Positions 1-8,770 of a stretch of DNA of 25,238 bases are shown piece after piece. The notes under the pieces are model-generated. The model did no database searches, had not been told where the DNA came from, and saw nothing but the letters and a program-made list of their open reading frames with translations. The first letter of the stretch is position 1, and every line of letters begins with the position of its first letter. The position numbers and the translations under genes are program-made. The DNA is from Candidatus Krumholzibacteriia bacterium (lineage in GTDB: Bacteria > Krumholzibacteriota > Krumholzibacteriia > LZORAL124-64-63): positions 1 to 25,238 of the forward strand of contig JAZBOO010000185.1 in the NCBI GenBank assembly GCA_036351155.1, in the 5' to 3' direction.

Positions 1-2
1 GG

Positions 3-308
3 GGGGCCATCACCCTGCTGGCGGCTCCGCCGGCTTTCCAGCGCTACAAGGGATTCCTGTCCTTGCTGGATGTGCTGGTGACGCCCAACACGGGCCCCAT
101 GCACATGGCGGCGGCCCTGGGGACTTCCCTGGTGGCCCTCTTTTCCCACTGGAGTCCCGAGGATTGCGGACCCTACATGGACCCCGCCCGGTACCTGGTG
201 TTGCGGGCCGAAGATACGGCTCAGCCTGCGCTGGGCCTGGCGGCCATCACGCCCGAGGTGGTGGCCGAGGCGGTGGAGGGGCTTTTGGGGCAGGTAGTGA
301 GAGCTTGA
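3..308 (+). CDS. Glycosyltransferase family 9 (LPS heptosyltransferase-like), C-terminal part, 5' truncated by the window
   Basis: The frame is open from base 3 (GAITLLAAPPAFQRYKGFLSLLDVLVTPNTGPMHMAAALGTSLVALF...). It carries the GT9-like xTGPMHxAAALGxxxVALF motif and a typical GT9 end (LAAITPEVVAEAVEGLL). Stop TGA at 306-308. Confidence 0.85.
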   Translation, partial: GAITLLAAPPAFQRYKGFLSLLDVLVTPNTGPMHMAAALGTSLVALFSHWSPEDCGPYMDPARYLVLRAEDTAQPALGLAAITPEVVAEAVEGLLGQVVRA

Positions 309-350
309 GGTGTGAGTTGTCAAATAAGCCATTTTTGGGCCTATATTTGA

Positions 351-379
351 TTGAGATTTTAAAAGATAACCTGTATAAT
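351..379 (+). promoter_or_regulatory. Sigma70-type promoter for the 427..855 gene
   Basis: TTGAGA (351-356), 17 bp spacer, TATAAT (374-379) in a markedly AT-rich intergenic region. RBS GGAGG at 415-419, 7 nt before ATG 427. Confidence 0.8.
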
Positions 380-426
380 TATTCTGTTAATGAATTTGAA
401 TTCATTTTTTCTCTGGAGGGAAATCC

Positions 427-855
427 ATGAAAAAGCTACTGATTCTGGCCTTGAGCTTGGTGGCCTTGGCCCTTCCTACCCTTTCTTCGGCCTGCCATGT
501 GACCGAGGTCACCGGCGAAGCCGACTGCCTGGGCTGGAACCTGTGCACGACCATTTACTTTACCGAAAGCGCTGATAACGGAAGCCTGGCCTACTCGGTG
601 ACCATTCTGGATGGGGACGGTATCGAGGTGACGAGCTTCGGCGAAACCGTGATGGTTAGCCATGAACCTGGTGCAGGTGACTATGAGTTCTGCTTCGAAG
701 GGATCTGGGAGGGTGAGTACCAGGTGGCCAATGCTACCGTGCAGCTGACGTCTTCGCTGGACGGTGGAGCCCCTACAGTTTTCACTTTTGACCTGGATTG
801 TTCCGTGAGCAGCGAGCGGGTCGTACTGGGCGCCTTGAAAGCCCATTACCGGTAA
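427..855 (+). CDS. Small secreted acidic beta-rich protein (142 aa) with a short basic C-terminal tail
   Basis: Strong RBS; Sec signal peptide MKKLLILALSLVALALPTLSSA; 5 Cys; alternating beta-strand pattern; ends VSSERVVLGALKAHYR; followed by a terminator. Confidence 0.85.
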   Translation: MKKLLILALSLVALALPTLSSACHVTEVTGEADCLGWNLCTTIYFTESADNGSLAYSVTILDGDGIEVTSFGETVMVSHEPGAGDYEFCFEGIWEGEYQVANATVQLTSSLDGGAPTVFTFDLDCSVSSERVVLGALKAHYR

Positions 856-877
856 ACTTCTGCTTGATGGAATGACG

Positions 878-909
878 GAAAAGGCCCGGCTTATTGGCCG
901 GGCCTTTTC
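878..909. terminator. Bidirectional rho-independent terminator between convergent genes
   Basis: Perfect 13-bp inverted repeat GAAAAGGCCCGGC-ttattg-GCCGGGCCTTTTC with short A and T tracts at the ends. Confidence 0.85.
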
Positions 910-930
910 ACGTGGATTTCCATCTGCCGA

Positions 931-3900
931 TCAAGGATCGGTGGCCACTTCCGGCAGCGCACCGCCCGGTTTCCGTCCCGATTTCATCCTCACGACCAAC
1001 CGCCGCAGGCCCCATCCCCAGCGAGTGAACATCCAGTAAAGCGCAGGAATGGCACTGAGGATCAGCACGGTGCTGCTGGTCAGTCCCCCAATGGAGCTGA
1101 GCGCCAGGTTCTCCCAGATGTCCTTGCCCTGACTGGTGTCATGCTTGTAGAGCAGGGGCAACAGGCCGGCAATGGTGGTGCCGCTGGTCAGGAGGATCGA
1201 GCGCATCTGGATGCGGATCCCATCGACGATGGCCTTGCGCAGGATACGTTGCCGCTCCAGGGTCGGCAGGCGCCACAGATCGAACCCGCCGAGCCTGCGC
1301 TTGAAGGGAACCTGATCCTCCCCGATGCCTTCATTTTCGATGATTTCCCGGACCTGCAAGCGGAATCGGTTGATCAGCAGGATGGCGTTGTTGACCACGA
1401 TGCCGAACATGAGGATGAGACCGATCTTGGCCGAGGAATCGAACTCGCTCCCGGTGCCCCAGAACACGCCGCCCACTCCGACCATGGCCATGGGCAGGGC
1501 CAGCACCACCAGGAAGGGCAGGAACAAGCTCTCGAACATGGCGGCCAGGGCCATCAGGATGAAGGCGATGGTCAACCACAGGGTGGCCTGCAGTTCCTCT
1601 TCCTCCTCCTCGGTGATCTGCTGTCCGCTCATGTCCTCGGCCGTGTAGCCGTAGGGCAATTCGATGCCGGCGATCATGTCGGCCAGGAACTTCCGCCGCA
1701 TGCTGTCGGTGCCGATGTACTCCCAGTTGATCCGCTGACTGTAGCGCTGATCATGGCGGTTGATGCTGCTGATCTCGGGCCGCTGTTCGATGCTGATCAA
1801 GCGACCCAGCTGCACCTTCTGGCCCCGGCTGGTGGTCATGGTGCGGCCCAGGATCTGGTCGTACTCGATGGCCTCGGCATCGGCGAAGCTGAGCATCATC
1901 TGCTGGTCCTCGCCATCGAGGATCATGTGCCATGGAGTTTCCACACCGAGCAGTCGGCGGATATGCCCCATGACCTCCATCATGCTCAGTCGATGCTCGG
2001 CCAGGGCCTGGCGGTTGAGCAAGACCAGGGTCTCGTCGGTACCGCTGCGACTGAACTGGTCGCCGCTGGTCAGGCGGGCGTTGCGCACCCGGCGGTTGCG
2101 GTCCAGGCGGGCCAGCACGCCGTCGCTGATCTCCTTCAGCTCCTTGCTGTTGTAGCCGGTGATCCGGATGGTCGAGTTGCTGTTCCCGCCGCCGCGGCCG
2201 CCTTTCATGTAAGGATCGCCGAAACCGTTGATCCAGATGAACATGCCGCCCAGTTCCTCGGCCAGAACGATCAGCTTGTTACGGAACAGTTCGGGATAGG
2301 CCGACTCCAGCAGCTCCTCCTCGAACTCGATCACCATGTAAGCCCGATTGTCGAAACTGGTGGACCGCATGGTCACACCTTCGGGCACCGGGGCGATCTC
2401 GGACTCGAACAGCTTCATGGTTTCGCTGGACAGCTTGACGTCGGTGCCCACGGGACGTTCCAGGTAACAGACGATCTGCTCGGTGGGCTGGGGTCGCCAG
2501 AATCCTCCGGTGCGGATCTTCTCCTTGAACACGTACTGGGTGCCGACAAAAAGACCGATGGTCAGCAGCACAGGGTAGAACCAGAAGCGCAGGTGGAAGC
2601 GGGTCAGCTGATCGACAAAGCTGGCAAAAGCGCCCACCGAAACCAGAATGCCGGTGGCTCCGCCCACCCACATCAGGGCCTTCCGCGCCATGGTTTCGCC
2701 CTGCCAGAAAAAGATGACCGCCAGGACCACGATCGCCAGCACCAGGATCACCACCGTCCACATCCTCAGCAACCGCCAGCCGGTGATGCCGAACTCATCG
2801 TCGGCGGCCTTGGTGTTGCGCATGTCCTTCTCGGCAGGGCCGCGCAGGGCCACGGGAATCCAGCAGAACGCCACGAAGATCGAGGCCAGCATGGCGATGC
2901 CCACGCTCACGGCCAGCGGCACGTAGAACAGGGAAAGGCGGTCGGTCATGAAGATGAACGAGAGGAAGGCCACCACCGTGGTCAGGGTGGTCGCCATGAT
3001 GGGGAAGGCCACCTCGCGGGTGCCCTTGACCAGGCTTTCGCGGGCGTCGTCGCCCGAACGGCCGGAAAGACGGCGATGGATGGCGTCCAGCACCAGAATG
3101 CTGTTGTCCAGCAGCATGCCGAAGCAGACGGTGAGCCCGCTGATGGTGATGAAGTTGACCGAAACCCCGAAGAAATAGAACATGCTCAGGCAGATCACGA
3201 TGGCCAGGAGGATGGAAAACACCACGATGCCGGTCAAGCGCACGCGCTTCAGCGCAATGGCCAGCATGACGAACAGCAGCCCCAGGATGACCAGCGAGCG
3301 AACGACCAGCTCGGTCAGCTTGTCTTCCAGATCTTCACCCTCGTCCTGGTCGATCTCGAAGGTCACCGGGAAGGTGGCCTCGCCCTCGATGCGCGGCATC
3401 TCTTCACGCAATCGGCGGCTGACGGTGATGGAATTTTGCCCGCTGCGCTTGGTGATGCTCAGGGTGATCACGTTCTCGCCGTTGATGCGGCTGAAATAGC
3501 TGATGTCCTCGTAGGTGGGCGTGACGTCGGCCACCTGACCCAGGGTGATATTCTGCCCGCCCAGGTTGCGCAGCACCGTCCGTTCCAGCTGGGCGATCGA
3601 GGCCTGGTCGCGCACGCTCACGGTCAGCTCCTGGCCACTGCGCCGGACGGCTCCGGCGGGAATGATATCATCCAGGCTGCGCAGCCGGTTGCTGATGCCG
3701 TCGGCGGTCAGGTTGTACCGCTCCATCATCTCCAGATCGAGCAGGACCTTGACCAGAGGGCGCGCGCCGCCCCGCAGCTCGGCGTCGGCCACGCCGGAGA
3801 TGCTCAGGAAGCGGGGAACGATCCAGGTCTCGGCCCGGTCCCTGAGCTCATTGATGGGCAGAGGGGAAATCAAGCTGACGGTGAAAAATTCCTCGGCCCG

Positions 3901-4302
3901 CAATTCCTCCGGCACATAGGGCCGGATGGTGGGCTGCTGGGCCTGCGTGGGCAGGGTGCGGCGCACGGCGCCCAGCTGCTCGGACAGCTCCAGACGGGCG
4001 AAATCCATGTTGGTGCCGCGCTTGTACTTGACGGTGACGGTGGATTGTCCGTGCTGGGAACGGGAATCGATGTCCTCCACGTTGTGACAGCCGGCCACGG
4101 CTTCCTCGATGGGCAGGGTGATCGACCGCTGGATGGCACTGGGGGAGGCCCCGTTCCAGCTCGTGGCAATGGTCAGCTCGGGCAGATCCGTCTCGGGCAT
4201 GGCCTCGATATTCAGACGAGGCACCGCGTAAATGCCGGTGACGATCAAGGCGGTGAACAGCATCCAGGTGGCCACCGGATGATCGACTGCGAAACGGATC
4301 AT
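931..4302 (-). CDS. Efflux RND transporter permease subunit (AcrB/AcrD/AcrF superfamily), atypical subunit with extra hydrophobic segments
   Basis: 1123 aa; N-terminal MIRFAVDHPVA...LNIEAMPETDLP; TM4 GMLLDNSILVLD; MAAMFESLFLP-like TM8/9 region; TM10 GIVVNNAILL; TM11 RSILLTSGTTIAGLLPL; TM12 IGGLTSST. RBS GAGG upstream. Confidence 0.93.
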   Translation of the reverse strand: MIRFAVDHPVATWMLFTALIVTGIYAVPRLNIEAMPETDLPELTIATSWNGASPSAIQRSITLPIEEAVAGCHNVEDIDSRSQHGQSTVTVKYKRGTNMDFARLELSEQLGAVRRTLPTQAQQPTIRPYVPEELRAEEFFTVSLISPLPINELRDRAETWIVPRFLSISGVADAELRGGARPLVKVLLDLEMMERYNLTADGISNRLRSLDDIIPAGAVRRSGQELTVSVRDQASIAQLERTVLRNLGGQNITLGQVADVTPTYEDISYFSRINGENVITLSITKRSGQNSITVSRRLREEMPRIEGEATFPVTFEIDQDEGEDLEDKLTELVVRSLVILGLLFVMLAIALKRVRLTGIVVFSILLAIVICLSMFYFFGVSVNFITISGLTVCFGMLLDNSILVLDAIHRRLSGRSGDDARESLVKGTREVAFPIMATTLTTVVAFLSFIFMTDRLSLFYVPLAVSVGIAMLASIFVAFCWIPVALRGPAEKDMRNTKAADDEFGITGWRLLRMWTVVILVLAIVVLAVIFFWQGETMARKALMWVGGATGILVSVGAFASFVDQLTRFHLRFWFYPVLLTIGLFVGTQYVFKEKIRTGGFWRPQPTEQIVCYLERPVGTDVKLSSETMKLFESEIAPVPEGVTMRSTSFDNRAYMVIEFEEELLESAYPELFRNKLIVLAEELGGMFIWINGFGDPYMKGGRGGGNSNSTIRITGYNSKELKEISDGVLARLDRNRRVRNARLTSGDQFSRSGTDETLVLLNRQALAEHRLSMMEVMGHIRRLLGVETPWHMILDGEDQQMMLSFADAEAIEYDQILGRTMTTSRGQKVQLGRLISIEQRPEISSINRHDQRYSQRINWEYIGTDSMRRKFLADMIAGIELPYGYTAEDMSGQQITEEEEEELQATLWLTIAFILMALAAMFESLFLPFLVVLALPMAMVGVGGVFWGTGSEFDSSAKIGLILMFGIVVNNAILLINRFRLQVREIIENEGIGEDQVPFKRRLGGFDLWRLPTLERQRILRKAIVDGIRIQMRSILLTSGTTIAGLLPLLYKHDTSQGKDIWENLALSSIGGLTSSTVLILSAIPALYWMFTRWGWGLRRLVVRMKSGRKPGGALPEVATDP

Positions 4303-4319
4303 ATCCTCAAGCTCCTTAT

Positions 4320-7300
4320 CTAATAATCCTTGTCCGTTTTCCTGTGCAGCATTTCATACACCACCGGGGTCAGGAACAGGGTCAGGAAAGTGGCGATACT
4401 CAGACCGCCGATGATGGTGATGGCCAGCGGCCTCTGCATCTGCTCACCCGTACCCAGGCCCAGGCCCATGGGCACCATGGCCAGCACCGTGGTCACGGTG
4501 GTCATGATGATGGGGCGGAAGCGCAGGGTGCTGGCTTCCAGGATGGCCTGTCGACCGGGGAGACCATCGCTCCGCAGGCGCCGAATTGTGGCCACCTTGA
4601 CGATGGCATCGTTCACCGCGATTCCGAGCAAGGCGATCATTCCGATCAGCGAGATGATGTTCATGGTCTGGCCGGTGAGGTACAGCGTGGCCAGGGCGCC
4701 GGCCACCCCGATGGGCAGCACGGCCGAGATGATGAGCGGGTCCAGGAAGCTCTCGAACTGGGCGGCCAGGATCATGTAGACCAGCAGTGCAGACAGCAAC
4801 AGTGCGTAACCCAGATCCCGGAAGCTGCTGTTGATTTCCTCCTGCTCGCCGCCGGTCACGAAGGCCACGCCTTCGGGCAGGTCCAGCGATGCCAGCAGCT
4901 GGTCCACATCATGCCACACATCGGCCATGCTGCGGCCTTCCACGTCGCCCGAGAGCGTGATCTGACGGCGCTGATCCCGGCGCACCAGTTCCCGGACGGG
5001 GGTGCCGGTGCTTTGCATCACGAACGAGCCGAGGGGGACCGTCTTGTCCTCGCTGACGGCCACCGGGGAGGCCAGGACGGTGGGCAGATCGTAGCGCAGC
5101 TCCAGGGGCAGGCGCACCGCGATGTCGATCCGCTGCTCGATCTCGTTGTAGGTGGTGGCCACGGTGCCCTGGATCCGGTTGCGGAGCTCGTTGGCCAGCT
5201 GTTCGGGCTCCAGCCCGAAACGGAGGGCTTTCTCCCGGTCGATGGTGACCTCGACGGTGGGATTGCCCAGCACCCGGTCCATCTCGATGCTGGCCAGGCC
5301 GGGAATTTCCCGCAGTCTGGGCAACAGGGAATAGGCAGTGTTCATGGCGTCTTCGCCCTTCTCGGCGATCACACCCAGGGTGAAGGCCGCCTCGCCGCTG
5401 GCCAGGATCTCGCGCAGGCCCACGCCTTCTTCGTGAAAGGAAAACAGGGCGCCTTGCTCGGCAGCCAGGATGTCATGCAGCCGTTCCTTGACGTGCTCCA
5501 TGTCCTGTCGGCCATGGCGGGTGGGCTTGAGCATGACCCGCAAGCGGGCGGTGTTGGCCGCGCTGTAATCTTTGAGGCTGGCCAGGGTTTTCTCGGTGAC
5601 ACCCACCTGGGAGTAAACGGTGTCCACCTCGGGCATGGGCACCAGGAAGGTGGCCAGGCGGGCGGCCAGATCCTCGGTCACTTCCAGCGGGGTGCCGGCG
5701 GGCAGTTCCACCGCCAGGTTGAAGTCGCCACGGGAGCGGTCAGGCATGAAGCTCAGTCGCATCTGGGTGCCCAGGAAACCGGCGCCGGCCAGGGCCAGGA
5801 CCACGATCATCAGGAACACCGGCTTGTGGTCCATGACCTTTTCCAGCAAGGTGTGGTAACGCTTCATGACGGCATTGAAACCGGAGTCGAAGGGGCGGAA
5901 GATCAATCCGGGTTTTTCGCCGGGCACCTTCAGGAGATGGGCCGACAGCATGGGCTGCAGCAGCAGGGCCGCAAAGATCGAAACCAGCAGACTGATGGTG
6001 ACGGTCAGGGCCTGGTCGCGGAAGAACTCGCCGGCAATGCCCGGCACGTAGATCACCGGGAAGAACACCGCCACGGTGGTCAGGGTGGCGGCCACCACGG
6101 GGGAGGCCACTTCCTGGGCGGCACGGGCGCACACGTCGGCCACGGTTTCCCCCGCCCTGCGCGCCTTGCGCAGGTGGCGGTTGATGTTCTCGAGTACCAC
6201 AATGGAGTTGTCGACCAGCATACCGGCGGCCAGCGACAGGCCGCCCAGGCTCATCAGGTTCAATCCCACATCAGCAAAATACAGGAAGGCAAAAGTGGTC
6301 ATGATGGACACGGGAATGGCCAGGCCCACCACGAGGGGGCTGCGCCAGTCCATCAGGAACAGGAACAGCACGATGAAGGCCAGGATGGCGCCGTACTTCA
6401 GCGAATCGTAAAGGCCCTGGAAACTTTCCTGCACGAAGTCGGCATCGCGGTAGATGAAGGTGTAATCCAGCTCGGTGTACTGGTCCTTGAGAATGGCCAG
6501 GACCTTGTCCACCTCGGCGGTGGCCTCGATGGTGTTTTCGCCCACCTCCTTGTACAGGTGCAGGGAAACCACTTCCTCGGCGCTGATCAGGGTGTGCCCT
6601 TCGGGCTCCTTGGTGGTGTCCAGCACCTCGGCCACATCACCGATGGTGATGCCTGGGCCGGCGGCAGGAATCTCGGTCTGCCGGATCTCATCCAGATTCT
6701 CGAATTCGCCCAGGATGCGCAGCGGCAAGTGCAGCGGGCCCTTCCGGATACGGCCCCCGGGGAAACTGATGTTGGCCACGGAGAGGGCCTGGCTCAGGTC
6801 GGCCATGGTCAGGCCGTACAGGCGCAGCTTGCCGAAATCGGGCCGCACCAGGATTTCTCGTTCGGCGCCGCCGATGACCTCGGCCTGACTGACGCCGTTG
6901 ATCTGTTCAAGGGCGGGCTTGACCACCTCGCGCGCAAACTCGGTCATGCGGGACATGGGGTCATCGCCCCGCAGCACCATGATGGCGATGGGACGGGCGC
7001 TGGGATCCCAGCGCAGAATCAGTGGACGATCGGCCGCCTCGGGAAAATCTTCACGATAGCTGACCCGATCGATGGCTTCCCTCAGATGGAGGTTGGCGAA
7101 GTCCATCTCGGTGCCCCACTCGTATTGCACGGTGATGGTGGAGACACCCTCGCGGGTCTTGCTGATCACGCGCCGCACTCCGGCCAGTCCGGTGATCACC
7201 TCTTCCAGGGGCTGGGTGACCAGGCGGGTCAGGTCATCGGCGGGGGTGTCGCTGTAGTTCGTGATCACCGTCAGGTTGGGATAGTTGATCGACGGCAACA

Positions 7301-7403
7301 GATCCACCGACAGTCTTTGCCGGGCCTGGAAGCCGATGAGCACCAGGCCGGCAAAGAGCATGAGAATGGCCACGGGACGGCGGACGGCGTGTTGGATGAT
7401 CAT
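4320..7403 (-). CDS. Efflux RND transporter permease subunit (AcrB/AcrD/AcrF superfamily)
   Basis: 1027 aa; AVRRPVA; VDLLPSINYP; TM4 GMLVDNSIVVLENI; VYMILAAQFESFLDP; RFRPIIMTTVTT; PLAITIIGGL. The start overlaps the adaptor stop (ATGA), suggesting translational coupling. Confidence 0.96.
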   Translation of the reverse strand: MIIQHAVRRPVAILMLFAGLVLIGFQARQRLSVDLLPSINYPNLTVITNYSDTPADDLTRLVTQPLEEVITGLAGVRRVISKTREGVSTITVQYEWGTEMDFANLHLREAIDRVSYREDFPEAADRPLILRWDPSARPIAIMVLRGDDPMSRMTEFAREVVKPALEQINGVSQAEVIGGAEREILVRPDFGKLRLYGLTMADLSQALSVANISFPGGRIRKGPLHLPLRILGEFENLDEIRQTEIPAAGPGITIGDVAEVLDTTKEPEGHTLISAEEVVSLHLYKEVGENTIEATAEVDKVLAILKDQYTELDYTFIYRDADFVQESFQGLYDSLKYGAILAFIVLFLFLMDWRSPLVVGLAIPVSIMTTFAFLYFADVGLNLMSLGGLSLAAGMLVDNSIVVLENINRHLRKARRAGETVADVCARAAQEVASPVVAATLTTVAVFFPVIYVPGIAGEFFRDQALTVTISLLVSIFAALLLQPMLSAHLLKVPGEKPGLIFRPFDSGFNAVMKRYHTLLEKVMDHKPVFLMIVVLALAGAGFLGTQMRLSFMPDRSRGDFNLAVELPAGTPLEVTEDLAARLATFLVPMPEVDTVYSQVGVTEKTLASLKDYSAANTARLRVMLKPTRHGRQDMEHVKERLHDILAAEQGALFSFHEEGVGLREILASGEAAFTLGVIAEKGEDAMNTAYSLLPRLREIPGLASIEMDRVLGNPTVEVTIDREKALRFGLEPEQLANELRNRIQGTVATTYNEIEQRIDIAVRLPLELRYDLPTVLASPVAVSEDKTVPLGSFVMQSTGTPVRELVRRDQRRQITLSGDVEGRSMADVWHDVDQLLASLDLPEGVAFVTGGEQEEINSSFRDLGYALLLSALLVYMILAAQFESFLDPLIISAVLPIGVAGALATLYLTGQTMNIISLIGMIALLGIAVNDAIVKVATIRRLRSDGLPGRQAILEASTLRFRPIIMTTVTTVLAMVPMGLGLGTGEQMQRPLAITIIGGLSIATFLTLFLTPVVYEMLHRKTDKDY

Positions 7404-8734
7404 CGGGCGGCTGCCTCCGTGCCCAGGTTGGCGAAGTTCCAGCGATCAATTCCGGGAACGGTCTTGCGGACGCTGATCTTGGCCTCATGCGCCAGGGTCA
7501 GGTGGTCACTGACCACGACCTTGTCACCGGGAGCCAGACTGCCGCCGCTGTGGACGCCGGTGATCTCCACCCAGTCGTCATTCTCCAGACCCGTGTCCAC
7601 GTAAAGCCACTTGGCGCGGTCGCCGTCCTTCTTGAAGACCAGGGTGCGGTTGTCCCGGATCAGCAGGGCAGACTTGGGGGCCACCAGCTTGTCCTGGTAA
7701 ACCCAGCCGGCAATCTGGGCGCGGACGAACATCCCCGGACGGTAGCGCCCCTCGGGATTCTCGAAGCGCACCAGCACCTCGATGGTGCGGGTGGCCTGGT
7801 CCAGGGTGGGGCTGATGACGTCCACCTTGGCCTTCAGGGTGTCGCCCGTGGCCGGAACGGCCAGCAGCACCGGCCGTCCTTCCCGCAGGTTGCCCAGATC
7901 GGCTTCCAGCACGTTCAGAGTGGCCTCGAGGTTGTCATTGTTGTAAATGGTGCACACGCTGGTGCCCACCGAAACGTTTTCGCCGGTCACCATGGTCAAT
8001 CCCTGGACGATGCCCGCGAAGGGGGCCCGGATTTCCGTGTATTCCAGGTTGAGCTTGGCTCGTTCTTCGGCCATGCGAGCTTCGGCCAGGCCCGTGCGCT
8101 GCTGGAAAACGGCCTCACGGAAAGCGCCCTTCTGCAGGGACCGCATTTCCAGTTCCAGCAGGCGGTTCTGGTATTCTTCCCGGGTCAGGTTGCCCCGCTT
8201 GAACATCTTTTCCAGTTCATCACGGCCGGTGGTGAAATCGGCCACGGCCTTGTGATTCACGGTGAAGGTGTCGGCTTCGGCGGCCATCTGGCTCAGGGCC
8301 TGCAGGTGCCGGTAACGACTCTCTTCCACGGCAATTTCGTATTCGCGCGCATCGATGCGGGCCAGCACCTGACCCTTGCGCACCCGATCGCCGTCGCGCA
8401 CCAGCACCTTTTGCAATTCGCCGCCGACCTTGGTTTTCACGTTCACCCACTGGGGTGTGCGGATGGAACCGTCGGCGTAAACCGGCAGCACCAGGGGACC
8501 TTGCCGCATCTCTCCGACGTTCACCTTGATGGATTTCTCCTTCTTGGGCTTGTCCGGAGTATCTCCATCTTCGGAGTCCTCATCCAGGGAGTCGGCCGCA
8601 GCGGAGGCGGTGCTGTCGGCGGCGGCCCCTTCATCGGAGTTACCCAGGCATCCCGTCAGCAGGAGCAGGGCCAGCAGGGCGGCGGCCAGGGCCAGGGCCG
8701 GCAGGGGGCGCGAGAAGATCATCGGCTTGTGCAT
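7400..8734 (-). CDS. Efflux RND periplasmic adaptor (membrane fusion protein), lipoprotein
   Basis: Lipobox LTGC followed by an acidic linker; lipoyl halves (VRDGDRVRKGQVLARID ... TEIRAPFAGIV); long helical hairpin; RPGMFVRA; GDKVVV. Confidence 0.93.
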   Translation of the reverse strand: MHKPMIFSRPLPALALAAALLALLLLTGCLGNSDEGAAADSTASAAADSLDEDSEDGDTPDKPKKEKSIKVNVGEMRQGPLVLPVYADGSIRTPQWVNVKTKVGGELQKVLVRDGDRVRKGQVLARIDAREYEIAVEESRYRHLQALSQMAAEADTFTVNHKAVADFTTGRDELEKMFKRGNLTREEYQNRLLELEMRSLQKGAFREAVFQQRTGLAEARMAEERAKLNLEYTEIRAPFAGIVQGLTMVTGENVSVGTSVCTIYNNDNLEATLNVLEADLGNLREGRPVLLAVPATGDTLKAKVDVISPTLDQATRTIEVLVRFENPEGRYRPGMFVRAQIAGWVYQDKLVAPKSALLIRDNRTLVFKKDGDRAKWLYVDTGLENDDWVEITGVHSGGSLAPGDKVVVSDHLTLAHEAKISVRKTVPGIDRWNFANLGTEAAAR

Positions 8735-8770
8735 TGTCAGCCTTTCAGCAGTTGGAAGATCGGGATTCTT

